This document shows positions 13,428-26,812 of a stretch of 46,449 nt of DNA, piece after piece. Within the stretch, counting starts at the first letter, position 1. The number at the start of each line of letters is the position of its first letter. The notes beneath the pieces were generated by a model that worked only from the letters and a program-made list of their open reading frames with translations, was not told the origin of the DNA and ran no database searches. The stretch spans positions 35,951,089 to 35,997,537 of the forward strand of contig JANKJI020000004.1 of assembly GCA_024626585.2 (NCBI GenBank), written 5' to 3'. The position numbers were made by a program, and so were the translations under genes. This DNA comes from Ginkgo biloba. Lineage: Eukaryota > Plantae > Ginkgophyta.

Positions 13428-14690
13428 TGCCTATGTATTTAATGTTATTACTGTGAATGCATATGGAATATTAATGAATGTCCACTAACACCTGTTGGTG
13501 GATTGTGGTACCCACGAGGTACCCCATTTTTACCAACATTTGGTTGCCTGGGCAAAAGTAACAACTCTAAAGTACAAGGGAGGAATAGGCATTAGGGATC
13601 CCTTTCTTTTGGCTAATGTCATGGGTGCAAAGAGATGTTGGGATTTCATTCATCTATCACCAACAAATTGGATGGAGGTCCTCTTGAGGAAGTATTGTGG
13701 AGGACTTAATGTCAAAGATATCCTTTGACGTTTTACTCCAAGGGTAGAAGGGTCAGGAATTTGGAAAATGAATGCAAAGCATTGGAATCGCATTCTACAA
13801 AACTCTTTCTTATCTCCAAGAGGTGTTGGGGTTGAAACTGACTTTTGGTTGGATAAGTGAGAAGGACCAAACTTTGGTCAAAGAGTGTTATACTAGGAAA
13901 TCATGGGCTAACTAAGGTGGCAGACTTCTATGATTTCCAAAGCAAAACATGGAGGAACATCATTGTGCTTCTTGCAGATGATAAAGGGTTTTTGGACCAT
14001 AATCTAGGCATTCTAACAAATAAGATAAATGATGAGATTATTCACATCACTTTGCCAATTGCCAGCACTCACAAAGCCCAATAAGAGGGTCTTCAGTTTA
14101 TTTGTCCCTCTCTTCTATTCACAACTTGAGACTTCTATGAATACATCCACAGTAGAATGAATGGTCAGGGACATCAACCACCATGTAAATTGGGCTTGGA
14201 TTTGGTGGAGCAAAGCCCAACCTCGACAGAACCCAATCCATTGGAGATTGGCTCATAAGGGTTTTTTGTTTGTTGGCACCTACAACAATTGGGGTGTTCA
14301 AGGACCTTCTCAATGTGCTAGATCCCTAAATGCAACTGAAGATTTGGTGCACACCTCAAGAGAGTGTCAAGGGATACAAACAATCTGGGCTAAGGCATTT
14401 GATCTATTTGGTTTGGTGATGTCTCACTATCCTCGAGATAACAGACTTTGGCACCTTATATATTTTATTTCAGATGCATCAAGGTCATTGGCTCCTCACA
14501 TTTGGCAAGGATAGGGTTTCTTGCACCCTTTGCTTCCTAGTCTTCAAAGCAACCATATATTGCATTTAGAAGGCTTATAACATTTTGTACCATCAACAAA
14601 CTATTTGGCATCTCGACTACATAGTGGTGACTATCTGCAAGGAAGTCTCAAATTAAATTAATAATGCCAACCTCAGCCAACAAATCCAAG
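13428..14690 (+). mobile_element. L1-clade LINE ORF2 C-terminal remnant (post-RT region and zf-RVT), pseudogenised
   Basis: LVAWAKVTTLKYKGGIGIRD...AKRCW (plant LINE LVAW..VC.PK..GGLGIRD). WIWWSKAQPRQNPIHWRLAHKG...GVQGPSQCARSLNATEDLVHTSRECQGIQTIW (zf-RVT). Interrupted by stops and frameshifts. Confidence 0.88.
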
Positions 14691-15600
14691 NNNNNNNNNN
14701 NNNNNNNNNNNNNNNNNNNNNNNNNNNNNNNNNNNNNNNNNNNNNNNNNNNNNNNNNNNNNNNNNNNNNNNNNNNNNNNNNNNNNNNNNNNNNNNNNNNN
14801 NNNNNNNNNNNNNNNNNNNNNNNNNNNNNNNNNNNNNNNNNNNNNNNNNNNNNNNNNNNNNNNNNNTCAATAAAAAAGAAAAAAAAAGTGGACCCAATCC
14901 TTTAAGAAAGGAGCTACCACCATGCTTTTAAATCATATTGACAATTTTTGGAGAACATTAAGAAATAAATTCTAATTTGTTGTATCTTCTACACTCTTAT
15001 CCCTAGATTTTATCTTCCATTTTTATTCGTATCATGACAATGCACAACACTAGCAATGCATTTTAAACAGAAAAGATTTTGCGAGTTTATGATAGAATCA
15101 AATGATGGATGACTTGCGACCCACTGATTAGTGCTATATGATTCCACAAATTATCTTATATTTCAAGCATTCACATGATAGTAGGTGTCAACGAAGCCTG
15201 ATGACATTATGTTAATAAATTGCAAGGCTTGTGAATCCAGATAGGTTAGCCCATATGGTTGGGCAACCTAACAGTAATTATCCTATCCCCAATAGTGTCG
15301 AATGTGGTTGGTGAAATCATATGCCCAGGAAATACGACAACCAAGGAAGGTAGAAAATATAGTTATGTAATGATGATTAAAAAAGGATATTACTTGGTGG
15401 AATAATATTGTGTGATTGTGCTTCAGTCTATAGTAAACAATGCAAATTTTGTGTGGATTTTGTTTTACAATCTCATCAAAATGAATGAACCTTGAGATCT
15501 ACTACTATGTTCTTGATCACAAAGCACTTCTATTTTGTACTTGCATTAAATAAAAACAATAAATAGTAAAACAATACAAAAAAAACATAAGCAATATTAC

Positions 15601-15722
15601 CTGGAAAACCTTTTGCCAAATAGCCTCTTGCCCTGTAAAAGTTAAAGGCAAGTTCACCCCTTGAAGGGCCATCCAGTCGATTTCCTTTTCCCATCTTTTC
15701 CAATCCCACCATACAAAGGTAT
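15601..15722 (-). CDS. NAGLU: Alpha-N-acetylglucosaminidase (GH89) internal exon, first visible in window
   Basis: Minus strand tgtgcag|AT ACC TTT GTA TGG TGG ... TTC CAG|gtaata, 122 bp. Translates (Y)[40 protein letters not shown], matching the GH89 TIM-barrel signature WW.W.RWE.EIDWMAL.G.NL.LAF.GQEAIW. Confidence 0.96.
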
Positions 15723-16739
15723 CTGCACAAAGCATAATAAATTCAACATTAGAAACCATAGAGTTGAAGAAAAAAATATATATTAGCTTCATCTCAACCA
15801 CACAAGAAAACCAAAGTGTTCACAAGTGTGGAGGAACGACCAAAGAAAAATATGTCAAAACATGTTGTTGAGTACAATCCCTAAGGTTGCAAATCTCAAA
15901 TAACATTGAGATTGAAGGGTGAAGTCTATGCTCTATGGAAAACATATAGAACAGGTACAAGAACACAACTATTGTAAATGAGAGGGAATGATGTATTATC
16001 ACTACTAATAAGGTGTACAATATAGACACAATAATGATTATTCATATTTCAAAAAATAGAGGGGGTGCTTTAATGGCTAGGAAACCCCTCATACAGGATG
16101 TAGGCGAGTAGTGCTGATTGGAATACTTGTTCACTACCATCCCTACTATTCTCATTAATCCCTATATTACTAATCGACTTGTACTTACAAAATGTATAAA
16201 CTAACTTACATAACTTAATCCAACATCTATCCCCCCCACCGAGAAATTTTGAGCATACTTGCTCAAGGTTACTCCATATTAACAAAGAAAGTGCATAGGT
16301 GAAGATGCATAACTGGATTCACATAAACATGTCAATGATTAATGGAACAAAGCATTACGCACACTAACACAAAAGGCATATAAACACAATAATGGCCATT
16401 CTATTCATTGGAATCAACATTAAGATATATAGGACCTAACAATATTGTGAGGGTACTGCTACAAAAAATTTCCACAATGCTTGTGCTAATGCCCAATATT
16501 GAATGCAAATACGATTCATTTATATCCCTCAGGGTTACATGTCAGTTACAACTACTCAACTCACCCTTAACAAAAAGCCTTGATCCCACTTACAAGAGAC
16601 ATCATAAAGTCGCAAGCCTTCTCACATTTATTATAACATTAATATAAATCACTTGAGTTATGCCCATTTTCTTTCTAACACTCCACACTAAAACATTTGA
16701 GTGGGAGAAATAGTTAAGGGATTATTTAGAGGAATGATC

Positions 16740-18110
16740 TCCTTAAGTGGTGTTGCTAGATATGCCTATCCTACAATGGTTGATTAATTTACTCCTGAAN
16801 NNNNNNNNNNNNNNNNNNNNNNNNNNNNNNNNNNNNNNNNNNNNNNNNNNNNNNNNNNNNNNNNNNNNNNNNNNNNNNNNNNNNNNNNNNNNNNNNNNNT
16901 TATCCACCAGAATTATGGCATCCACCCAATAGATCTTCACTTCAATAACAAATAATTCAACATTAGCAAATCTTTTGAATGATCCCAAGTTTACTCTTTA
17001 CGAAAGAGTGTTTTTGGAGTTTTTCACCTTATATACCACAAAAACTGCCCTTTTCTTCAACTTAAGATTATTTCTACGACAAAGTTGAGGATAAGATCTT
17101 TTGGGGTGGTCTCCCCCACATTCAAAACACTTCATGGGTGGGGCTTGTTTACCTCCTTCTACTAAAGGGGTTTCTCTGCTACATTCTTCTCCTCCCTTCC
17201 TTTGTTTTGAAATAAAGAATTTTGAAAATACTTCTAAAATGATGGTTTCTTATCCTACTTACAATATGGATTTTTGACCTTGGGCAAGTCCTTTATTGGA
17301 AGGGTTTCTTTAACATAGGATCTCTTCTTGTGTGGCTTCAATCTATAAGGCACTATTTACTGCATCCTCCATGGTGGTTGGTATCGTGACCACCATCCCT
17401 TGCTAGATATGGAGTTTCAAACTGTGTAGAAAGTGATACATCCAATACCTAATAAGCAAATCTTATAATTGTGTAAATAGTATGTCCAACTTGTTACTAA
17501 ACTCTTGCACTAAACCATTTTGTTTCAAGCCTAGAACTTGAACAAAGTCTTCTTGCATGTCACTTTGTGGTGCATAATTTTTAAACATTATTGCCTTCAT
17601 CTCCTTCTAGATTTCAATGGGTGGTTGCATTCCATTTGGACACCATTCTACCACTCATGAGTTGGCCCTTTGAGAGAAAAAATCACCTTGGTCACCTTAT
17701 TCTCCTCAAATATATCAAAGGATTTTAAGAAGGATTCTATAGTCCTTATCCACAACCCCAAAAAACTCCTTGTTCCTCTTCCATCAAAATCTGGCATCTA
17801 CACATTCTTTAATTTCTTGACAATTTTAAGAAACTTGTATTCTCCCCAGCCCTCTTATGCTTCATTTCCTCTTCCTAAGAGTCTTTTGATGCATCTTGCA
17901 TATCCTCGTCATGGGATTCTATGAGACCCCCCTTTTCTTGATCATCACAGCTTTGTTCCATGGATGTCTCTGGTTCTTCTCTTTTCTTTCTCCACTCATA
18001 GGTCAACACGGGTTTCTCAACTCTATGTTGTTCTTCAAATCTTTTCATACATTCCTCCATACTTTCTAGCATCTTCAAGATTTCTAACTCTGTAAGCTTT
18101 AGTGTGTGAG
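16740..18110 (-). mobile_element. Ty3/gypsy gag-protease remnant
   Basis: Minus frames give MPDFDGRGTRSFLGLWIRTIESFLKSFDIFEENKVTKVIFSLKGPTHEW (retrotrans_gag) and ELFVIEVKIYWVDAIILVD running into a gap where the protease D(S/T)G motif is expected. Confidence 0.75.
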
Positions 18111-18113
18111 AAG

Positions 18114-20163
18114 CGTTGAATACTCAAGGTGCATGCTTAGCATTCAAAATAGACTCTAGTATCAACATTAAATCGAACAAGTAAATAACAAAACTATAGA
18201 TATTACTATGATGCTTTAGTATAAGAGAAATGGGTGGTTGACCCTAAGCCTAGCACAAGGGTTCCCCCCTAGCATTATTACAAAAATAATATATTAATTC
18301 TAAAACNNNNNNNNNNNNNNNNNNNNNNNNNNNNNNNNNNNNNNNNNNNNNNNNNNNNNNNNNNNNNNNNNNNNNNNNNNNNNNNNNNNNNNNNNNNNNN
18401 NNNNNNNNNNNNNNNNNNNNNNNNNNNNNNNNNNNNNNNNNNNNNNNNNNNNNNNNNNNNNNNNNNNNNNNNNNNNNNNNNNNNNNNNNNNNNNNNNNNN
18501 NNNNNNNNNNNNNNNNNNNNNNNNNNNNNNNNNNNNNNNNNNNNNNNNNNNNNNNNNNNNNNNNNNNNNNNNNNNNNNNNNNNNNNNNNNNNNNNNNNNN
18601 NNNNNNNNNNNNNNNNNNNNNNNNNNNNNNNNNNNNNNNNNNNNNNNNNNNNNNNNNNNNNNNNNNNNNNNNNNNNNNNNNNNNNNNNNNNNNNNNNNNN
18701 NNNNNNNNNNNNNNNNNNNNNNNNNNNNNNNNNNNNNNNNNNNNNNNNNNNNNNNNNNNNNNNNNNNNNNNNNNNNNNNNNNNNNNNNNNNNNNNNNNNN
18801 NNNNNNNNNNNNNNNNNNNNNNNNNNNNNNNNNNNNNNNNNNNNNNNNNNNNNNNNNNNNNNNNNNNNNNNNNNNNNNNNNNNNNNNNNNNNNNNNNNNN
18901 NNNNNNNNNNNNNNNNNNNNNNNNNNNNNNNNNNNNGACCGAGCAATCTTTCATGACTACTATGCACGGGAAGTGATTCTCCTATAAATGTTCTCCAAAT
19001 CGAATCCAAGCTTCCAACAACCCACGACAACCATTACTTCTCCAAATCGATTTGACTCTTCGCGAAAAAGAGCCTAAAAGAAACTTATCGTGTGATGTGG
19101 GGAGAATGCTTCCATTGATTTTTCTTGTTAGCACGTTCCATACACAACCCAAGACATCTGCAAGGTGACAATGCCACCTACAACAATTCAAACCACCGAA
19201 TATGTTCATAATGTGAGAGTCCAAAAAGCAGTGGCATTTCTCTTAGGCACCAAGGAAACCCTAGCTATAACTCCAATCACTTCGAATCTAGACGAGTTTG
19301 TAGGTTGAGGAATTGTCTCCCCTTGTCCTCTTAGCTTCTTTCTACCAGTCTCCTTCTGGAAAAAACCACAAGACTCTCAGCAAAACAAGGCTCTAAGGAA
19401 CTGTCATTGCTTGTCCTTCTGCCTTCTTTCTGTGAGGTTCCATTTCTGACAAAATCCCCAAGACTCTCAGTGAAACACAAATCCAAAGAATTCCACTACC
19501 GGTATCTGCATAACCACCAATCTCCCCTCCATCATGCTACTGTCACCCAACGATGTCCTCAGAACAATGGTGGCCACACAGAAGACCCTTGTAGATTCAA
19601 ATGTTGCAATGATGCCAAGATGTTGAATACTTGGGGTGCACACTTAGCATTCAAAATAGATTCTAGTATCAACATTAAACCAGATGAGTGAATAATAGAA
19701 CTGTAGATATTATTATGATGCTTTAGTACAACATATACGGGTGGCAGCCCCTCGGCCTAGCCCAAGAGTGCCCCGACTTTATTACAAAAGGGATGATTCA
19801 ATTCCAAAACTGAACATGCTTACATTGATTCCCAAACGCCATTAAATAAGACTAGAGGAATCAGTTGCATACCTAATTGCAACCACTCCTAACAAATCTA
19901 CTTTAACTTTGAATTAATTGTATGTCTTAACCTTGCATTAAATGAATCACTTGCGACCAAGATGAGTTTGCAACTAGTTGCAACCGACTTCCTTATTGCA
20001 ACTGATGTTTGTTGTGACTAACAACTTGAAACTAGTTCTGACTGACAACTCAAACATGATTACGACCCACAACTGGAACATGTTGTGACCAATGTACAAA
20101 ATACCAAGGGCTCAATTATCAAGCATACAATAAATCTCCCCCCACACTAATACAATTATAACA
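18114..20163 (-). mobile_element. Small, apparently non-coding LTR element (two related LTR ends plus PBS)
   Basis: Direct repeat of at least 190 bp at 18114-18306 and 19621-19811 (gttgaatact..cttagcattcaaaataga.tctagtatcaacattaaa...). PBS-like tggcatc on minus at 19617-19611 next to the ...ttcaaca LTR end. Right boundary is tentative and the interior is partly a gap. Confidence 0.65.
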
Positions 20164-21375
20164 ATTCTAATATTTGTACCTCGAGGACGTCATTGTTGGT
20201 TAAACTTTTCCAGTTGTGCAAAGCAAATGATATGGCATGTGATTACTTGTTCAATTTGTATGCAATGATCTATCAACAATATGATGTAGTGTCTCACATA
20301 ATACATATTAAAGGATTTGATGCAAAAGTAAGCAAGCAATCAAAAGGAGAAGTAAAAAATAAATTAAAAAACTTAATTTGTTTAGTGTGCCTACTCTTTT
20401 ATATTGTCCACCCACTACATTTAAATTCACCGTGATACCTCCACATGATCGTTAAAGCAATTCCACCTCTACAATTCATATTTCCTTAATTCCTTTTAAC
20501 TCGGACATACCAAATGAAAAGAGGAAAGCTCCATTCAACCCATGCAACATTACATTTTTATTTTGCAATATTCAAACATTTATTACATAACCTTCGTCCT
20601 CCATCTCTATGATCACCTGAACATTTACAGATCTATGCGCTCATTTGTATGGTTACCTTCTCCATCTACAGATCTATACACTAACCTGCTAACATCAGAG
20701 AATACTAATGGCTACGTCCCCTACACAATATTTCAATGTGACTAGCAGCACACAAAATTAAGTGATTTTTGAAAGGATCAACTAAAACATTGATTGATGT
20801 GACTAGAGAAACAACTGCATCAATTGATTTTCCCACTATTCAATCTTATCATGAGGTATGAGACCCCATGTGTGAATATAATACTTCAATCTAATTTTGG
20901 ATATCTACAAGCTATATTGCATTAATTTATATAGAATGTCCTAGAAAGGGGTTCAGGAAAGTCAAGGTAGCTCAATATTCATTTAGGAACTCCATAAAGG
21001 TACTCGCATGGTAGTAATTCAACCCATCAAAGCCTTTGATCTGGGATCTTAGGTTCAGGGATCCAATTGTCCCATCTTGCTCGGGCCTTTTTGGTAGGGT
21101 TCGATCTATCGATCTTATCTAACGGTATGGGAAAGAAGAAGCATGGTCAGTCCCTATCCCTCTGGTCGACACAGAAACCATTTAGTCCGTGTTTTCCCCT
21201 ATTAAAGACATATCCCTTCAACTCGTTCATTCATTTGTATACATCATTGGTTGGTGGTAGCATATAGGGAGAGGANNNNNNNNNNNNNNNNNNNNNNNNN
21301 NNNNNNNNNNNNNNNNNNNNNNNNNNNNNNNNNNNNNNNNNNNNNNNNNNNNNNNNNNNNNNNNNNNNNNNNNNN

Positions 21376-21830
21376 TGATTCCAAAAATAAGTGTTGTAAT
21401 TCTATACATTCTAATGACAAATATTTTTCAAAACCCAAATGTTATAATTCCATACTCTATGATTCCAAACTACATTGATTATAGTTTATATACATCAATT
21501 CTAGATATTCTAATGACAAACATTGTGGAGAATATACATATTATAATTCCTAACATTACACTGATATTTTATTTATTATAATTATAAACATCATGATTTT
21601 GAATGTTGCAATTNNNNNNNNNNNNNNNNNNNNNNNNNNNNNNNNNNNNNNNNNNNNNNNNNNNNNNNNNNNNNNNNNNNNNNNNNNNNNNNNNNNNNNN
21701 NNNNNNNNNNNNNNNNNNNNNNNNAATATAAATGTTATAATTCCATACTTTGTGATTCCAAGCTACAATGATTTGATTTTATATATGTTGATTCTAGATA
21801 TTCTAATAACAAATATTTTCCAAAAAAACT
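21376..21830. repeat. AT-rich degenerate tandem repeat, unit roughly 85 bp
   Basis: aaatgttataattccatact...tgattccaa.ctaca.tgatt...attctagatattctaat.acaaa recurs at about 21437 and 21730, with a partial unit at about 21395. Flanked and interrupted by assembly gaps. Confidence 0.7.
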
Positions 21831-24629
21831 AGTTTTCCATACAAAGATTCAATATGAGAATACAAATATAGTTGAAAAGAAAAGGAAGTTGATCCTCCAT
21901 TAGAAATACTTTGCTAAAGGGATAAGTACATATTGATGAGGCCCTAGTTCTTTTAAGGTGGTTTCAACTTTGTTTGATGTAGATTACTTAGAGAACTAGA
22001 TTTTAAAATCTTTGGTAATTTCTCTTGGTCTTTTTATTATTCCACATCCTAAATCTTATGAACTTAAATGGATGAATATAGAGTATAAATTCATGATAAG
22101 TCAATAATGCAAGGTAAATTTTGTAATCATATCAATTTTTATTAATCAAGTGATATATCATATCATTACAATTGATTATGCATGTGTTTACTTATGTGAT
22201 TGATATGCCATTTACTATAGAAGGAGGAAGGTGAAGAAATATGTTAGAAAACATAATGTTAGTTGAGGTCACATTAATCATAATTCAATTAAGTCACATT
22301 AATTTACATGGACATTGAGGCAAAGATGAACTTAGTTTGGGCTAAAATTCACCCATTAAATATACCTTTTCATTACTAATCAATTTTATCTCTTAGCACT
22401 TTTTCTAATTTGACTTGGTCAATGGAGATACAATCCATTTTTAGTTCAAGACCTAAAAGGTGGCACTGAGTGCCAAAAGGTTTAAAATGATTCAAATGTA
22501 ATTATTGCAAGAACAATCTCTCCTGACCAAACAATCCACTGCTCTGCTTACTGTGCACTTAAATCTGCTAGATAAATCTAATCGTCAATGTTATCTGCTT
22601 TCATGCCGACCTCAATGTCAGTTTCAACTGTAAATTATGAATATAATTCCTTCCAGAGGTCTACGAGTTCTAATTGTCAGTGCTAGTTGCAAATAAAACT
22701 TGTCGATTGAACATAGGAAATGGTTCTATTTGTGATCATTTCACTTTAAGACTTAGCATTATGTCATTTCATGAAATAATACAGTTTTCAAAAGGAAACA
22801 TGAAGGAGACAGATCCTACTCAATCATAAAAGATAAATGCTACTGCCACACTGTTCACATGGAGTCAATTCTTGTGACTAGATGAAAACAGCTGTCTCTG
22901 AGGATTTTCAAGAATGTGAAACCCGCAAATTCTCCACTTCTATTGGACTTCAAATTTCCATCAATAAACTTTTTATTTCCTTTTGGTATTCAACTTTCTA
23001 TGAAGTACATTCATATTTAGCAGCATTTTGGAGAAATTACATTATACTGGAGCCAATAGAGAAACTCCTGCCATAGGTGAAAGAAAGAGATGCAGAGTAA
23101 GAAAACAATGCGGAAGAACAACATGGAGATGGAGACAGTAGAAGTCTGTTATAAGTCTATCAAAGCATCAATACGGTGTGTCAAAGTTTTGAATTCAAGA
23201 TTTTAATGTCAGGTATATCTTGATTCCAAGGCTGAGTTTCTTAGGATATATATGGTCAAGTATATTACCAAATATTAAGTCTTACTGCATTCTTGATGAT
23301 GATTGAGAATAAAATTTGAGAATTTAGTGAGTGGTAGAATTTTACCAAGTTTACCTCATTCAGCAAGTAAAGAATTTTAACAAGAGAAAAAATACCGTTT
23401 TCAAACTTCCAATACCTTCTTGTTAAAAATTAATTTGGAAAATCGTCTATAGAAGAAAGATTTGGGAAAGCTATTATGTCAAAAATGTCTATGAAAGAAG
23501 TCAATTTGCCAAAAAAAAAAAAAGAAAAAGAAAGAAAAGATTAAAAATGCCAAAACAATTGTGGTTGTAAACTACCTCCACCCATAGAAAGTGGATACAA
23601 ACCACCAATCAGTTAACTTCTACCTCCTAACCTAAAATTTGAGCTTTAGAGGTGATCTAAGCATCCCAAATCACTGCATCTCAATGGGAGTCAACCATCT
23701 TCTCAAAGATCAATGAAGTTTGTCTTGCTATCAAGATTCAAATGCAAGTGAGAGTTTTGGTTGGAAATTCAGCTATTCCATCCTTAAAGCACCTTGAGTT
23801 TGAGGGGTTGAGAATACTTGGATTTGAGATCAGTTTCAAGAAGATTACATGCTCAGATTTGGAGACTGCATGTAGGTAAAGGAGAAAGAGTTTTGGATGT
23901 CAGGTTGCCATTCAACCCACGTCACAAGGACCGCCATTCCACCACTTCTTTATTGTAACTCCATTTGAGGTACTCCCTTTAATCAGGNNNNNNNNNNNNN
24001 NNNNNNNNNNNNNNNNNNNNNNNNNNNNNNNNNNNNNNNNNNNNNNNNNNNNNNNNNNNNNNNATTTTGAAAAACACAAAAGAAAAATACCAAAAAGAAC
24101 TTTAGCTTCTTAGTTCCTTTCACGTCTATTAAAGCATTACAATAGATGTATACTTTTTTTTTCGTAAAAGTAGACGTATACTTGATTTCATATTTCCAAG
24201 AACCTTCCTAAGGCACTTCTTACAATCAATTCAATTACTTAGGCACTCAAATGCTCTACAAGACTAGACTCAATTTTAAACGAGTCCTTAACCTATAATT
24301 CAATAAAGTTTTNNNNNNNNNNNNNNNNNNNNNNNNNNNNNNNNNNNNNNNNNNNNNNNNNNNNNNNNNNNNNNNNNNNNNNNNNNNNNNNNNNNNNNNN
24401 NNNNNNNNNNNNAAAGTAGGGAAGATGTCAAAGAGTTTGCCCTCGTGACATTATGAAGACCAACTCAAGACTGGGAGACTTTGTCGACAGAGGCTGCTTC
24501 TGTCTTGAAGCCTATGGTTTTGTTTTTGAACATATTATGAACTTGATGTTGTAATGCCCGTCGCCATGTAAACTGTGTCGCCGAGGTTACTTGTAAAGCT
24601 TAAAAGTTGTCTTTGGTTAATTCTTTAAT

Positions 24630-25927
24630 GTACCTTGAGTTTTATTCCCCATGAGGGTTTCTCCAGTTCAAAAGCCTGTGTTATACTTTTTGATGTGGCT
24701 TATGATATTGTCTTTGGTGTACTTCAAATTTGCACAACATACTCATTGACAACCAGATTTAATTATTATTCTTATTGTTATGGGCTCTCGACTGGGGGCT
24801 TTTCCCCTCTCTTTTATGCGTTACGTTGAGCTTGTTGTCTTCCAAGGTGTTGCTATTCTTCTCCAGGATCTAGTTGGCTTCTCGAGACCAAGTTCTTTCC
24901 ACTTTATTGCTCAATTTTGGCCCAAGTGAGCCCCAATTCCTTCATTAGCCCTTGAAGCACACTTGAGCACCAAATACTCGGTCCAATCATACCTCATGTG
25001 CCCTCTGGGTTTGCTACTCAACCAAGATAATTAATTTCTCAGTAAGAATATTTCTATATGGCAGTTCTCATGGCACTTTTGTCAGTTAAATTGCTTCGAT
25101 TATTTCTAATGGTTTTTTAACCATATGGACAAATGCATGGTGAGGTACCGGAGACAAAAGTGACAAGGAAATGGGGGAAAAAACAAATGGGGACCATATT
25201 TTCTAAGCCATCTAGGATTGCCAATGTTGCACATCATCTTATGATGCCCTCGGTGTTGCTCTCAGTGTTGAATTAATGCACTTTCTAGATGCCTTTTGCA
25301 GAAGTTCTCTCTTGAAAGCCCACAGCCTCTACTACCAATGTATCGGTTTCTTGGGTTCCAAAAGACTGTCTTAGGCCTCTGTAACTCATCAAGTCGCCTA
25401 TGTTATAGCCCTTTTGGATCAACTTCTAGATTATCTTTGCCATGTGTCATTGCACGGATGTTCACGGTTGCCAGCAATTTCCAAGGGATCTCAGTCACAT
25501 TGGATGCTCTCATTTCGTTTATAGAAAACTCTCGACTTTGTTTCATTACTCTCGTGCTGATTTCCATCCTCATATGATGATTTCACTTAGAATATTATCT
25601 ACGCATGTCACTATGTCTTCATTGGATATTTTTCCTAAAGTTCAATTTTTTATTTATCAAGAGCTCTAAAGACACTCACTGGAGATGGTTTTATGGAGGT
25701 GCCATATGATCCAATTGGTTTGTTGAAGGGGCTAAGGAGACTTTGTTGTTTAATTATTTGCCTCTTGAATTTTTTAAAACTTAGTTTAACCTCATGTTTG
25801 ACACTTTACCCCCTTATTACCATGATGTCTTCATCGGTTACTCCTGGGGTTCCATTATCATTTTGCTTATTACTCGTTCAATGTGTATATTTATTTTTAA
25901 GTTCTATTTCCACAGATTTAGCAGTCT
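24630..25927 (+). mobile_element. Decayed Ty1/copia gag-protease-integrase remnant
   Basis: SSWLLET and, after a frameshift, SSFHF (cf. copia protease WLLDSGASFHM). HVPS followed by a degraded NLIS-like stretch. Integrase-downstream motifs YVFIGY (about 25610) and DVFIGYS (about 25825). Confidence 0.55.
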
Positions 25928-26027
25928 NNNNNNNNNNNNNNNNNNNNNNNNNNNNNNNNNNNNNNNNNNNNNNNNNNNNNNNNNNNNNNNNNNNNNNNNN
26001 NNNNNNNNNNNNNNNNNNNNNNNNNNN

Positions 26028-26812
26028 TCGAGTCAAACTATGGATCACTACACTTCACAATCTGATTTTTGCATGTTGCTAGAAAATTTGAAGCCCAAAA
26101 AAAGAGGTGTTTTTGGGGCTATTTTATGTACCTGGGCACTTAGATGCAATCAATAGGTGGCATCTCATTTTGAGGGTTTCATCCAAACATAGGTCATCAC
26201 TGCAAGTTGCAAAGGACCCCAAAGGATGATGCAAGCATTTTGGTAAGACTTCACTGCATTTCTAAGCGTCGTAGAATCTAGATTAGGATTTTTTAGCAAT
26301 AAAAAGTGCAAAGAGTCAATTAAATATGGAGGACATATGGAGGTCACATGTAGCAACCAAGCAGACAAGTTGGGAAGAGAAGCTTCCTTTGTTGAATTTG
26401 CGTACAATAATAGAAAATATCGAGCCATAGGTATGACACCTTTTAAAGTAATGTACGATTACGAACCTCTTATCCCTTTAGACTTGGATTTGAAGAATTT
26501 TAAAGGGAAATCTCAAGTATCATTAGAAATGCTTGAGAAAATCTAAAAGGAATTAAAGGAGTGACAAAGGAACAAAGAGTGCAAGCACGTGCCAAATTAT
26601 ATATGAATCAACATATATCGATGAGGTCCTTTGGGCTGGAGAAATGGTGTATTTGCAAGTCAAGCCCAATACTTGTCTACAGGAAGATGTGCAAAGCTCT
26701 CGCCAAGGTTTTGTGGACCATTCCAAGCTCTTGTAGGTTTCAATTACCAACACATATGAAGATGCACTTGGTCTTTCGTGTAAATTTTCTTAAGAAAGCT
26801 TTGTCTAGGTAA
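26028..26812 (+). mobile_element. Ty3/gypsy integrase core and C-terminal remnant (copy 1)
   Basis: FVEFAYNNRKYRAIGMTPFKVMYDYEP, GPY/F module KLSPRFCGPF, and QLPTHMKMHLVFRVNFLKKAL. Confidence 0.88.

Noticed and set aside
15242-15310. Hairpin taggtt-a-gccca...tgggc-aaccta with an A-box-like tagcccatatgg (tRNA, SINE or miRNA candidate)
   Set aside because: The stem is too short for a pre-miRNA, and there is no convincing B box, cloverleaf or tail.
15723-15801. N-terminal extension of ORF 15517-15801 as a translation start
   Set aside because: It is read-through of intron sequence. Homology begins exactly at the AG acceptor and ends at the GT donor.
18250-19030. Long ORFs in the track (also 42160-42648, 44337-44921 and others)
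   Set aside because: Their length is an artefact of translating through N gaps.
23560-23987. Possible minus-strand LINE fragment
   Set aside because: Only faint motif resemblance, not enough to call.
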